Assembly: GCA_963812015.1 (NCBI GenBank)
Contig: CAWETI010000002.1
Span: 1,184,001 to 1,248,000 of the forward strand
Length of the DNA: 64,000 bases
Origin: an uncultured delta proteobacterium
GTDB taxonomy: Bacteria > Desulfobacterota > Desulfobaccia > Desulfobaccales > 0-14-0-80-60-11
Reading direction: 5' to 3'
Both the position numbers and the translations under genes were made by a program. Positions within the stretch are counted from its first letter, which is position 1; each line of letters opens with the position of its first letter. The notes beneath the pieces were generated by a model that saw only the letters and a program-made list of their open reading frames with translations, did no database searches and was not told the origin of the DNA. Shown here one piece after another: positions 53,474-62,780 of the stretch.

Positions 53474-53553
53474 AAATTCCCCTAAATCCCCTTTTACTCC
53501 AGGGGGACTTGTCCCCGGCCCCCCTCTCCTGACGGGAGAACGGGGGGAAGTTT
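53474..53553. repeat. Palindromic element, family C
   Basis: AAATTCCCCTAAATCCCCTTTT..AGGGGGA; matches the reverse complement of 57120-57163. Confidence 0.7.
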
Positions 53554-53594
53554 GCCTTACCAGGGGTATCCAAGTGCCGGCCATGAAGAACAGC

Positions 53595-56500
53595 TTACCG
53601 TGATCGTTTACCTCGGGGCGCCGCAATCTCGGGAAACAGAGGAGGTTGCCGGTCCGGGCGAGTTCGGGGCCCAGGCGTGGCCAAGCGTGCCAGCACCTCC
53701 GGCGGCATGGCCCGGACCCAGGGGGAAAATTGGGTGTGCCGGGTCTTGCCCCACAGGGTGCGCTCCCGGGAGCGGGTCAGGAAGACCTGCCGGGAGGCCC
53801 GGGTGAGGCCCACATAAAAAAGGCGTCTTTCTTCCTCGAGGTCGGCGGCGCCGTCCGGTCCCGCCTCCCAGGGCATGAGACCGGTTTCGCACCCGGCGAT
53901 AAAGACATAAGGGAATTCCAGGCCTTTGGCGGCGTGGAGGGTGAGAAGCTTCACCCGTTCGGCGGCCAGGTCCAGGCCGTCCCAATCCGGTCCCACCCCT
54001 TCTTTGGCCTGTTGGCAAGGGATGCCGGCGTCGGTCAAGCCCCGGGCCAACTCCGGCCCCAGGGCATGGAGGCGGTAGAGCACGGCCACGTCCCGGAAGC
54101 CGGCCTTGTCCCCGGGGGCCTGGTGCCGCACCTGGGCATCTTCCAGGCCGTAGTGGGATAAGCCCCCCACCAGTTTCTCAATCTCCCGGGCGATGGCTCT
54201 AGCCTCGGCCCCCGGCGTGGCCGCGGTCAGGAGCACCACCGGGAAATCGCCGGCTTGATGGGTGAACCGGGGCACCGTTTCCCCCCCGTCTCCCCCTTCG
54301 CCCAAGCCGGCCCTGAGAGGGGCGGCGGCCTTGAGGATGGGGGCCGGCAGACGATAGGTCTCGGGGAAGCGGCATATCTGGGCTTCCGGCCAATCCTCCC
54401 GAAAACGGCGGAAATATTCCGGCCGGGCGCCGCGAAAACCATAGATGGCCTGATCCGGGTCGCCGATGACCATGATTTCGGCGCCGGGGCCGGCCAACTG
54501 GCGGAATAAATGGTACTGGGCCTCGTTCAAATCCTGGTACTCGTCCACCAACAGGTGGCGGAAGCGGGTCCGGTAGGCCGCCCGGATCTCGGGATGACGG
54601 GCCAGGAGCAGGGCGGGCCGGGCGATGAGGTCTTCATAATCCCAAAGGTTCTCCCGGCTGAGGGCGGATTCGTAGGCCGCAAAGGCCGGGAGAAACTGCC
54701 AGGCTGCATCGGGGTCAGGCGTGGGGGCCGAACCGTCTCCCTTATCATGGGAAAATAGATGGAGATCGCCGTCAAACGGCTTTTGGGAAAGGGGGCCAGG
54801 GGCCGACGGCCCCTGCCCCCTCTCCCAAACCCTCTCCCCCAACCCCCATACAGGGGGCTGGGAGGGGAGTTTGAGGGGAGGGCGGGGGAATTTTTCGGAA
54901 GGGCTTTCCCCGGCCCTCCCCTCAAAACACTTTTGTAAAGGCATTACATTGGATTGGCGCCCAGGGGTTGGGGCAGCCAGGTCTTCCGGATAGGTCAGGG
55001 CCTGCTTCCATCGGGTGATCTGCCGCTCCAGGGGGCCAAATGGCAGGTGGCAAGTCCGGGCGGTCTCCCGGAGCAGGCCCCGCCGAGCCTCTTCATCCGC
55101 CACCCCCCGGCCGGGGTCCCCATGCTCCTTCAGGATCTGCTGGCCCAGGGCGTGGAAGGTCTTGATGGTGAGGCCCTCCAGGCCGGGAACTCCGGCCAGC
55201 AGGTGGTGAATCCGCTCAACCATTTCGGCGGTGGCCTGCCGGGTAAAGGTGAGGGCCAGGATGGCGTTGGGGTCCACGCCCCGGCGGCAGACCAGGTAAG
55301 CCAGGCGGTGGGTGAGGGCCCGGGTCTTGCCGGTGCCCGGCCCGGCCTGGACGATGAGGGGCGGGCCGTGGTGCACCACCGCCTCCCTTTGGGCCGCATT
55401 CAATCCCGCCAGCAGGGGATCGGCGGCGGGAGTGGCGGCCAACTCCGGCGGGGTGCTTGCCGGGACCAATGCTGCGGCCGGACCGGCCGGGACTGCGGGT
55501 TCAGGGGCGGCCTGGGGGGCAGGGGCGGGGGAAGGGCTGAAAAATGCCTTTTGTCCCAGCAACTTACTGCGCTCGGCCGGGGTGAAGAGGTGAATCTCCC
55601 CATAGGCGCCGTCGTACCCCCCATTGATGTGCACCTCTCCCCGGCGCATCCGGTCAATCCCGTGGGCCAGAAGGATGCCGCCCTCCCGGGCCAGCGCGGT
55701 AAGGGGCGTGCGGCGCAGGATCTCCAGTTCCGGGCCCAAGCGGTCCAGGAGCCGGAAGTAGGCCAGACGCACTTTCTTGCTGCCGGCATTGACCCCCAGG
55801 ACCTCGGCCAGGACGCCCGGCAGCGATATCAGGGACTCGAAAGGCCTGGAATCAGCCGGGGGCGCCCCATCCCGGCGGTCGGCCAGGTCCTGGACGCGAT
55901 GCATCACCCCCAAGGTCAGGGGTTTTTGGCAGTGGGGGCAGAGCCCGCCCAGGCGGTTCGCCGCTTCCGGCTCCAGCCGGAGGCCGCAATTCCGGTGGCC
56001 GTCCAGGTGGTACTTGCCCTCCTGGGGAAAAAACTCGATGGTGCCCCCAAACCCCTCCCGGGTGCGCAGGGCCCGGGCCAACTCGGGATAAGTTGGGTCG
56101 ACGTGAAAGATATTGGCCTCCCGGCCCAGTTTCTGGGGGGAGTGGGCGTCGGAGTTGGACACCAGCGCAAAGCGGTCCAATTGGGAGACCCGCCAATTCA
56201 TGGCGGGATCGGAAGACAACCCGGTCTCCACGGCATAGATGTGGGCGGTGCTGTCCTCGAAGCACTCCTCCAGGGAATCAAAGCCGCTCTTGCTGCCTAA
56301 AACGGAAAACCAGGGGGTCCAGATATGGGCCGGTATCACCAGGGCCCGGGGGTCGATCTCAAGGACCAGTTCCAGCACGAACCGGGCGTCCAGGCCCAGG
56401 ATGGGGCGGCCGTCGGAGGCCACGTTGCCGAGGCGGCCCAGGCGCTGGGAGAGCTGCTGAGCGGCGGCCAGATCGGGGAGCACCAGGAGTAGGTGGACCT

Positions 56501-56819
56501 TGCGCACCTTGCCGTCTTTTTTATAAATGGTGCTCACTTCGCCGGTGATCACGAAGTTGACCGGCGTCGCCGCCTCCCAGGCAGGTCCCTTGAGGTCCAA
56601 GGGCAGAGCCAGTTCCGGTTTGAGGGCGTACACTCCGGCCGCGGCCGGCTCGAGTTTGGCGCCCAGTTCCGCCAACCACTGGGGATGGGTGCAATCGCCG
56701 GTGCCCACCACCTGCACCCCTTTATAACGGCCCCAGAGATCCAGGTGCTCCAAGTCGGCCTCCCGGCCGGTGGCAATGGAGAAGTGGGAATGGATATGCA
56801 GGTCGGCGATAACTTCCAT
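53595..56819 (-). CDS. EndoQ-like PHP nuclease fused to a UvrD/Rep-like SF1 helicase
   Basis: ADLHIHS.FS, GTGD, PAHIWTPW, ETGLSSD, SNSDAHS, GKYH.DGHR.C, CPHC; then AGPGTGKT, VDEYQD, GDPDQAIY, TLHAAKGLEF, YVGLTRA. Confidence 0.92.
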   Translation of the reverse strand: MEVIADLHIHSHFSIATGREADLEHLDLWGRYKGVQVVGTGDCTHPQWLAELGAKLEPAAAGVYALKPELALPLDLKGPAWEAATPVNFVITGEVSTIYKKDGKVRKVHLLLVLPDLAAAQQLSQRLGRLGNVASDGRPILGLDARFVLELVLEIDPRALVIPAHIWTPWFSVLGSKSGFDSLEECFEDSTAHIYAVETGLSSDPAMNWRVSQLDRFALVSNSDAHSPQKLGREANIFHVDPTYPELARALRTREGFGGTIEFFPQEGKYHLDGHRNCGLRLEPEAANRLGGLCPHCQKPLTLGVMHRVQDLADRRDGAPPADSRPFESLISLPGVLAEVLGVNAGSKKVRLAYFRLLDRLGPELEILRRTPLTALAREGGILLAHGIDRMRRGEVHINGGYDGAYGEIHLFTPAERSKLLGQKAFFSPSPAPAPQAAPEPAVPAGPAAALVPASTPPELAATPAADPLLAGLNAAQREAVVHHGPPLIVQAGPGTGKTRALTHRLAYLVCRRGVDPNAILALTFTRQATAEMVERIHHLLAGVPGLEGLTIKTFHALGQQILKEHGDPGRGVADEEARRGLLRETARTCHLPFGPLERQITRWKQALTYPEDLAAPTPGRQSNVMPLQKCFEGRAGESPSEKFPRPPLKLPSQPPVWGLGERVWERGQGPSAPGPLSQKPFDGDLHLFSHDKGDGSAPTPDPDAAWQFLPAFAAYESALSRENLWDYEDLIARPALLLARHPEIRAAYRTRFRHLLVDEYQDLNEAQYHLFRQLAGPGAEIMVIGDPDQAIYGFRGARPEYFRRFREDWPEAQICRFPETYRLPAPILKAAAPLRAGLGEGGDGGETVPRFTHQAGDFPVVLLTAATPGAEARAIAREIEKLVGGLSHYGLEDAQVRHQAPGDKAGFRDVAVLYRLHALGPELARGLTDAGIPCQQAKEGVGPDWDGLDLAAERVKLLTLHAAKGLEFPYVFIAGCETGLMPWEAGPDGAADLEEERRLFYVGLTRASRQVFLTRSRERTLWGKTRHTQFSPWVRAMPPEVLARLATPGPRTRPDRQPPLFPEIAAPRGKRSR
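54781..54927 (+). repeat. Palindromic element, family A, copy 3 (in-frame inside the helicase, read antisense)
   Basis: Same three hairpins as copies 1 and 2; translated as FEGRAGESPSEKFPRPPLKLPSQPPVWGLGERVWERGQGPSAPGPLSQK. Confidence 0.9.
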
Positions 56820-57064
56820 TTTGGTCCTCAACCTTATCATAAAACTCGGCGAACCGCTAATGCCAGATGGCACCTGTTTTATTCTTAAATATCGGGAGGA
56901 AGGGAGAATTGTTAACCACAGTCTTGCAGGAATGGTCTCCTGGGCTGCGAGCCCTAACGGTGATTACGGGCCGGGGTGTATGAGGGAGGAGCTGGCGGTT
57001 GGGGTAAGGAGCAAAACCTGACTAAACGGGTCTGAGCCAATGGCGGCTCACCCCCGGCAAGGAA

Positions 57065-57163
57065 AAATCCCCCCCGGCCCCCTTTTTCCAAAGCGGGAAG
57101 AAGGGGGGAGTAAGGACGACGGGTCTAAATCCCCCTTTGGCAAAGGGGAATTTAGGGGGATTT
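57065..57163. repeat. Palindromic element, family C
   Basis: AAATCCCCC...CCCCCTTTGGCAAAGGGGAATTTAGGGGGATTT. Confidence 0.75.
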
Positions 57164-57356
57164 GCCAGAGGCGGTTTACGGTAAAGATTGAGGTGACGAG
57201 TAGGGGGGGGAATTATCATTAAGAGAAAATTATCGATAGGTGGTTGAATTCATTATCACATTGATAATAACCTGGTCAACCGCGGGACGATAGGGGAGGT
57301 TTGGCGGGAATTGGGTGAGAGACAATAAAGGAAAATCTTCACAAGGGCTCAAAGAC

Positions 57357-57382
57357 AAAAGCCCCTCCTCACGAGGGGCTTT
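57357..57382 (-). terminator. Intrinsic terminator after the FmdB-like gene
   Basis: AAAAGCCCCTC-CTCAC-GAGGGGCTTT. Confidence 0.7.
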
Positions 57383-57406
57383 GCGGCCCTGCCATCAACA
57401 CCCAGA

Positions 57407-57607
57407 CTACAGGGTAGCTTTGGTTTTGGTGTCGGTCTCGGCCCAAATCTGAGGCGCAACTTCCTCAAAGTAGGGCTTAAAGACGTCCTCGTCCAAGCGC
57501 AGCATCAAGCCGCCGCATTGGGCGCATAGGGCGGTGTGATCATCGAGTCCGGCGACCCTTTGGTCCCGGCCGCTACAATCGACGCATTGATATTCATAAA
57601 TAGGCAT
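57407..57607 (-). CDS. FmdB-family zinc-ribbon protein
   Basis: MPIYEYQCVDC...CAQCGG; GGGAAGG RBS. Confidence 0.85.
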   Translation of the reverse strand: MPIYEYQCVDCSGRDQRVAGLDDHTALCAQCGGLMLRLDEDVFKPYFEEVAPQIWAETDTKTKATL

Positions 57608-57636
57608 AATCCTTCCCCCCCTTGACCGTAACATAA

Positions 57637-57653
57637 TGCAACAATTATGCCTA
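57637..57653 (-). promoter_or_regulatory. sigma54 (-24/-12) promoter of the FmdB-like gene
   Basis: Minus strand TAGGCATAATTGTTGCA (GG-N10-GC); AT-rich IHF-like tract at ~57676-57710. Confidence 0.7.
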
Positions 57654-57768
57654 AAAAATGAATGTCGGGAGGCTGTAACTAACTTATTAATATTATTATA
57701 TATTTAATCAATCATCCCCCAGCCGGGTTTTTTAAAGTATACTTTATTGCAACCCTGGAAGGGGAAAT

Positions 57769-57808
57769 TGTGGCTTTTTATCCATAATCATGGAAATTTT
57801 TCCCCACT
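57769..57808. promoter_or_regulatory. Candidate enhancer-binding-protein sites
   Basis: TGTGGCTTTTTATCCATA (57769) and TGGAAATTTTTCCCCACT (57791), 22 bp apart; resemble the lpxC sites. Confidence 0.5.
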
Positions 57809-57847
57809 GACAGGCCATGCCTCGATGACCGAGGAGGAGATCTGGAT

Positions 57848-59272
57848 ATGTTGCGTGACCAACGACGCACCAAGATTGTCTGCACCCTGGGACCGGCCAG
57901 TGACGGCGATATCCTGCCAGGGCTTTTGGAGGCCGGTATGAACGTGGCCCGCCTTAATTTTTCCCACGGGACCCACGCGGAGCACGGCGCCCGGATCAAG
58001 CGACTCCGGGAGCTGGCCGCCGCTTTGCAGCTGCCGTTGGCGATTTTGCAGGACCTGGCCGGCCCCAAGGTGCGCATCGGTGAGGTGCCCGGGGGTGAAA
58101 CCCAGGTTAAGGAGGGGGAGGATTTTTGGCTCAGCGCCGCGCCTCTCAAGGCAGGTGAAATCGGGGTGGCGGTGGATCACCCGCAGATTATTTCCGAGAC
58201 CCCTCTGGGAGTGCCCATCCTGCTGGCCGACGGCAACATCGAACTCCGGGTGGAAGCCAAGACCGACCAGGCCCTCAAGTGCCGGGTGGTGGTGGGTGGG
58301 GTATTACGCTCCCATGTCGGGATAAATTTCCCCATGCATTCCCTGTCGGTCTCGGCGTTCACCGAGAAAGACCGGGAGGACCTGCGTTTTGGCATAGCCC
58401 AGGGAGTAGACTTTATCGCCCTGTCCTACGTGCGCTCCCGCCAGGATGTTCTGGATGCCCGGGAGTTCATGCGCAGCCTGGGGGCCGACATCCCCATCAT
58501 CGCCAAGATTGAAAAACACGAAGCCTTGAGCCGGCTCGACGAAATCCTGGACGAGGTGGACGGCCTCATGGTGGCCCGGGGGGATCTGGGGGTGGAGATT
58601 CCCCTGGAACAGGTCCCCGTGGTGCAAAAGCAGATCATAGCTGCGGCCAACCGGGCGGGCAAGCCGGTGATCACCGCCACCCAGATGCTCCTCTCCATGG
58701 TGACCCACTCCCGTCCCAGCCGGGCGGAAGCCACCGACGTGGCCAATGCCATCCTGGATGGCACCGATGCGGTTATGCTGAGCGAAGAGACGGCCGCGGG
58801 GCTATTCCCCGTGGAAGCAGTAAAGTTTTTGGACCGGGTGAGCCGGGTTACCGAGGCGCATTTCCCCCACGCCGTCTGGCTGCGCGACCGGGCCCCGGCG
58901 GGACTCCAGGATATCCCGGAGGCCGTCAGCTATTCAGCCTGCGAGATGGCCCAGGACCTGGAAGCCTCGGCTATTCTCACCAACACCGAATATGGGGGCA
59001 CTGCCCGGCTCATCAGCCGGTTTCGGCCCTCCACCCCCATAGTGGCGGTGACCCCCCGGGAGGATACCTGGCGCCGACTTTGCCTCTCCTGGGGAGTTTT
59101 CCCCCTCCTGACCCCGCCTATCCGGGACACGGACCACATGCTCCGGGTGGTGGAGGAGGAAGCCCTCAAGGCCGGGATGCTGAACCATGGGGACCGGGTC
59201 ATCATCACCGCCGGCACCCCCATCGGCACCAAAGGCAGCACCAACCTGATCAAGGCGGATATTATCTCTTAA
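57848..59272 (+). CDS. pyk: Pyruvate kinase
   Basis: RRTKIVCTLGPAS, RLNFSHG, IIAKIEK, MVARGDLGVE, DAVMLSEETA. Confidence 0.98.
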   Translation: MLRDQRRTKIVCTLGPASDGDILPGLLEAGMNVARLNFSHGTHAEHGARIKRLRELAAALQLPLAILQDLAGPKVRIGEVPGGETQVKEGEDFWLSAAPLKAGEIGVAVDHPQIISETPLGVPILLADGNIELRVEAKTDQALKCRVVVGGVLRSHVGINFPMHSLSVSAFTEKDREDLRFGIAQGVDFIALSYVRSRQDVLDAREFMRSLGADIPIIAKIEKHEALSRLDEILDEVDGLMVARGDLGVEIPLEQVPVVQKQIIAAANRAGKPVITATQMLLSMVTHSRPSRAEATDVANAILDGTDAVMLSEETAAGLFPVEAVKFLDRVSRVTEAHFPHAVWLRDRAPAGLQDIPEAVSYSACEMAQDLEASAILTNTEYGGTARLISRFRPSTPIVAVTPREDTWRRLCLSWGVFPLLTPPIRDTDHMLRVVEEEALKAGMLNHGDRVIITAGTPIGTKGSTNLIKADIIS

Positions 59273-59426
59273 GAGCTCTCAGCGGTCAATGGTATGTCAA
59301 GATCACGCTTTGGCCTCAGCGGCCTCAGGCGGCCTAAGGGGTGGGGGCATCGGCCTGGCGGGGGAGTTGATCGGTTGTTGACGAAATTGTTACTTAAAAT
59401 GACAAAAATGGCGGAAGCATCGTCTC

Positions 59427-59455
59427 TTGACCCGGGAACCTCTCCTTCTTATAGT
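59427..59455 (+). promoter_or_regulatory. sigma70 promoter
   Basis: TTGACC-17 nt-TATAGT upstream of the GH57 gene. Confidence 0.65.
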
Positions 59456-59533
59456 AAGAGTTAAGTTTTCCGACCTCTTATCACTTTATCCTTAACCCCG
59501 CCGACTGCCACGGGTCACTGCATGGAGGACCTT

Positions 59534-61279
59534 ATGTCTGAGCCCTTGGGATATTTCACGTTTGTGCTCCATTCCCATCTTCCTTACGTCATCGGCCACG
59601 GCCGCTGGCCCCACGGCATGGATTGGCTCAACGAGGCCGCCGCCGAATCGTACATCCCCCTGCTCCAGGCCTTTAACCGTCTGGGCGCCGAAGGCCGCCG
59701 CTCCGGGGTTACCCTGGGGATCACCCCCATCCTGGCGGAAATGCTGGCCGCCAAAATTTTTCGCCAGGAGTTCAACGACTACCTGGATAACAAGATCGAG
59801 GCGGCCCGGGATGACCTGGCCACCTTTAAGCGGCTGGGGGATGACCACTTCGCCTCCGTGGCCCGGATGTGGGAAACCAACTACAGCGAATTAAAGCGGG
59901 CCTTCAGCGAGGATTTTGGCGAGGACCTGATCGGGGCCTTCAAGCGCTTGATGGACGCCGGGGTGCTGGAAATCATCACCTCGGCCGCCACCCACGGCTA
60001 CCTGCCCCTGTTGGGGCGGGACACCGCGGTCCAGGCCCAGGTGAAGCAGGGGGCGGCCACCTACCGCCGCCACTTCGGCCGTGACCCCCAGGGGTTCTGG
60101 CTGCCGGAATGCGCCTACCGGCCCCGCTACCCTTGGGTCCCGCCTCTGAAAGACTTTGTCGGGAAACCGGTGCTGCGCAAGGGGGTGGAGGAGTTTCTTT
60201 CGGAAAACGGCCTCAAGTATTTCTTCATCGATTCCCACCTCCTGAAGGGGGGCAAAGCCATCGGGGTCTACAAGGACCGCTTCGAGGCCCTGGAACGCCT
60301 GTGGGACCGCTTTGCCGCCCAATACCAGGAGCGGCCGGAGGAAGAGGATAAATCCCCCTACCAGGATTACCTGGTGAGTTCGGCCCCGGAGACCAAACGG
60401 CCGATGGCGGCTTTTACCCGGGACCCCAAGACCGGTCTCCAGGTGTGGAGCGGGGAATGGGGGTATCCCGGCGACGGCAACTATTTGGATTTCCATAAGA
60501 AACGGTTTCCGGGGGGCCTGCGCTACTGGGCGGTGACCAGCGCCAAGGCCGATCTGGCCGATAAGCAACCCTACCATCCTGAAGGGGTGGCGGCCCGGAT
60601 TAACGACCAGGCGGACCACTTTGTCTCCCTGGTGGTGGGGATTTTGTCGGAGTACAAAGAAAAGGAGGGCCGGCCCGGCATGGTGGTGGCGCCCTATGAC
60701 ACCGAGCTCATCGGCCACTGGTGGTTCGAGGGTCCCGAGTGGCTCTACCAGGTGCTCAAACGGTTCCATGACTATACCCAGGTGTCCCTGAGCCCCGGGG
60801 GCGAAATCCTGGCGGCCACCTCCCCCCGGGCGGTCATCTCCCTGCCGGAGGGTTCTTGGGGGGAAGGGGGCTATCACTGGATCTGGCTCAATGAGATGAA
60901 TGACTGGACCTGGCGCCACGTCTATGCCGCGGAGGAGGCCATGGAGGAGATGGCCCGGCTCTGGGCCGACGACCCCGACCCCCGCTTACAAGACCTGCTG
61001 AAGCAGTGCGGCCGCTCCCTGTTCCTGCTGGAGTCCTCGGACTGGCAGTTTTTGATCAGCACCTTCAGCGCCCGGGATTACGCCGAACTCCGGCTGACCG
61101 CGCACAATGATGATTTTCGCCGCCTGGCGGCCATGACCCGGCGCTACGCCGCCGAGCGCCACTTGCCGTCGGAAGACTGGAATTATCTGCACCTGTGCCG
61201 GGAGCGGGATGACGTCTTCCCGGATATCGACCCCCATTGGTGGGCGAAAGTAGAGCATCCGCCGGTGGAGATCGAGTAG
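59534..61279 (+). CDS. GH57 1,4-alpha-glucan branching enzyme (DUF1957)
   Basis: VLHSHLPY, ESYIPL, ATHGYLP, WLPECAY, PYDTELIGHWWFEG, SSDWQF. Confidence 0.93.
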   Translation: MSEPLGYFTFVLHSHLPYVIGHGRWPHGMDWLNEAAAESYIPLLQAFNRLGAEGRRSGVTLGITPILAEMLAAKIFRQEFNDYLDNKIEAARDDLATFKRLGDDHFASVARMWETNYSELKRAFSEDFGEDLIGAFKRLMDAGVLEIITSAATHGYLPLLGRDTAVQAQVKQGAATYRRHFGRDPQGFWLPECAYRPRYPWVPPLKDFVGKPVLRKGVEEFLSENGLKYFFIDSHLLKGGKAIGVYKDRFEALERLWDRFAAQYQERPEEEDKSPYQDYLVSSAPETKRPMAAFTRDPKTGLQVWSGEWGYPGDGNYLDFHKKRFPGGLRYWAVTSAKADLADKQPYHPEGVAARINDQADHFVSLVVGILSEYKEKEGRPGMVVAPYDTELIGHWWFEGPEWLYQVLKRFHDYTQVSLSPGGEILAATSPRAVISLPEGSWGEGGYHWIWLNEMNDWTWRHVYAAEEAMEEMARLWADDPDPRLQDLLKQCGRSLFLLESSDWQFLISTFSARDYAELRLTAHNDDFRRLAAMTRRYAAERHLPSEDWNYLHLCRERDDVFPDIDPHWWAKVEHPPVEIE

Positions 61280-61289
61280 TCCGGAATGA

Positions 61290-61338
61290 TGTGGCGCTTT
61301 TGCCACAATCGCCGAAAAGCTGTGGCTTTTTTCCCACA
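61290..61338. promoter_or_regulatory. Two tandem palindromic activator sites upstream of lpxC
   Basis: TGTGGCGCTTTTGCCACA (61290) and TGTGGCTTTTTTCCCACA (61321), 31 bp apart. Confidence 0.65.
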
Positions 61339-61441
61339 CAAGGGGCCGGCCGGCAACCCGGCCTGGCCCCTTCCCTCCAAAAGATTAACTATCCTTAAGG
61401 GTTAACAGATCGGGGCTTGGGGGCGTCCAACCGAAAAGTCC

Positions 61442-61457
61442 TGGTACAAGGCTTGCA
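61442..61457 (+). promoter_or_regulatory. sigma54 (-24/-12) promoter of lpxC
   Basis: TGGTACAAGGCTTGCA (GG-N10-GC), ending 26 nt before the ATG. Confidence 0.72.
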
Positions 61458-61483
61458 GCCTATCCGTGCGGGGGAGAATTTTT

Positions 61484-62398
61484 ATGTGGCAACAGACCTT
61501 GGCGCAGCCTTTGACGTTTTCCGGAATCGGCCTTCACCTGGGCCAGCCGGTAAAGGTCACGATCAATCCGGCTGCCGCCAACCACGGCTTGCGGTTCGTG
61601 CGGGCGGACCTGCCAGGCCAGCCGGAGATCCTGGCCCATTACAGCAAAGTGGTGGACACCCTCCGGGCCACCACGCTGGGAGAGGGACGGGCTACACTCT
61701 CGACGGTGGAGCACCTGCTGGCCGCCCTGCGGGGCGCCGGGGTGGATAATGCCCGCATTGCGGTGGAGGGAGCCGAGGTTCCCATCATGGATGGGAGCGC
61801 CGCTCCCTTCGCCGTGCTTTTGGCCGAGGCCGGCCTTCGGACGCTGCCCTGGCCCCGGGCTTACCTCCGGGTCCAGCGCCCGGTGGAAGTGCGGGAGGGC
61901 GAGCAGTGGATTCGGGTCGTGCCCGGCGAGCCTCGGATTACCTACACCATCGATTTCAACCACCCGCTGATCCGGCGCCAGCGTTACACCGTGCCGATGG
62001 GCTCCGGGTCTTTTGAGCGGGAGATCGCCCCGGCCCGCACCTTCGGCTTCTTAAAGGAAGTCCAGTATCTCCAGACCCGCGGCCTGGCCCTGGGGGGCTC
62101 CCTGGACAACGCCGTGGTGTTGGATGATTTTGGGGTTCTGAACCCCGGCGGCTTCCGTTTTCCGGAAGAGTGCGTGCGCCACAAGATTTTGGACGCGGTG
62201 GGCGACTTGGCCCTGTTGGGCCTGCGTCTGTACGGCCGCCTGGAAGTGAGCCGGGGCAGCCATGAATTGCATTGCCGGTTTTTGCAGCACCTGATGGGCC
62301 AGGAAGCGGCGTGGCGCATCTGGGTGCCGTCGCCCCGCAACCGGGATAAACAATCATCCTGGTTCCAGCCCAATTTATGGGAGGGGGCGCCCGCCTAA
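61484..62398 (+). CDS. lpxC: UDP-3-O-acyl-N-acetylglucosamine deacetylase
   Basis: QQTL...GIGLH.G, TVEHLLAAL, EVPIMDGS, APARTFGF, RHKILD. Confidence 0.97.
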   Translation: MWQQTLAQPLTFSGIGLHLGQPVKVTINPAAANHGLRFVRADLPGQPEILAHYSKVVDTLRATTLGEGRATLSTVEHLLAALRGAGVDNARIAVEGAEVPIMDGSAAPFAVLLAEAGLRTLPWPRAYLRVQRPVEVREGEQWIRVVPGEPRITYTIDFNHPLIRRQRYTVPMGSGSFEREIAPARTFGFLKEVQYLQTRGLALGGSLDNAVVLDDFGVLNPGGFRFPEECVRHKILDAVGDLALLGLRLYGRLEVSRGSHELHCRFLQHLMGQEAAWRIWVPSPRNRDKQSSWFQPNLWEGAPA

Positions 62399-62434
62399 GG
62401 GTTTTGGACTGTGGTTTGTGGTTATGGGGGGGGG

Positions 62435-62464
62435 AGGGCAGGCCATGGGGCCTGCCCTTTTTTT
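62435..62464 (+). terminator. Intrinsic terminator after lpxC
   Basis: AGGGCAGGCC-loop-GGCCTGCCCTTTTTTT. Confidence 0.8.
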
Positions 62465-62541
62465 GTGTGTGAAGGAGTTTTCATACCAAGTTGCAGTCAA
62501 AGGACAATTAATGCCAAGTTGCAAGAATAAAATCCAGAATT

Positions 62542-62601
62542 GTAGGGGCGGACCCGCGTGTGCGCCCTCAACCAAGGGCGGACACATGGGTCCGCCCCTA
62601 C
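62542..62601. repeat. Inverted GTAG-REP doublet (REPIN-like)
   Basis: GTAGGGGCGGACCCGCGTGTGCGCCC...GGGCGGACACATGGGTCCGCCCCTAC; same family as 25116 and 25286. Confidence 0.88.
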
Positions 62602-62780
62602 AAAACATTGCCGTTGGTTAGCGATTTTGTATTAGCGGTCAGCAAAAAGGAGGGTGAGGTATTTTCGATTGGCGGTCATCCTGTCCAGCTTTCGAGGTGT
62701 CGGTTGGACCGTACCTCCAGGCGTGGTGCGGGATGTTTTTTGAAACTGGACGCAATGTGGGATTTTGTCCGGTTATTAGT

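Noticed and set aside
53435..53626. Family-C repeat as an in-frame part of TamA
   Set aside because: The frame is open, but a signal peptide follows ATG 53434, so the repeat is more likely untranslated.
56915..57025. Possible ncRNA upstream of the EndoQ-UvrD gene
   Set aside because: No recognisable tRNA, SRP, 6S or riboswitch consensus; an Rfam search would be needed.
62487..62523. Direct repeat CCAAGTTGCA twice
   Set aside because: Only two short copies between convergent genes, with no assignable function.
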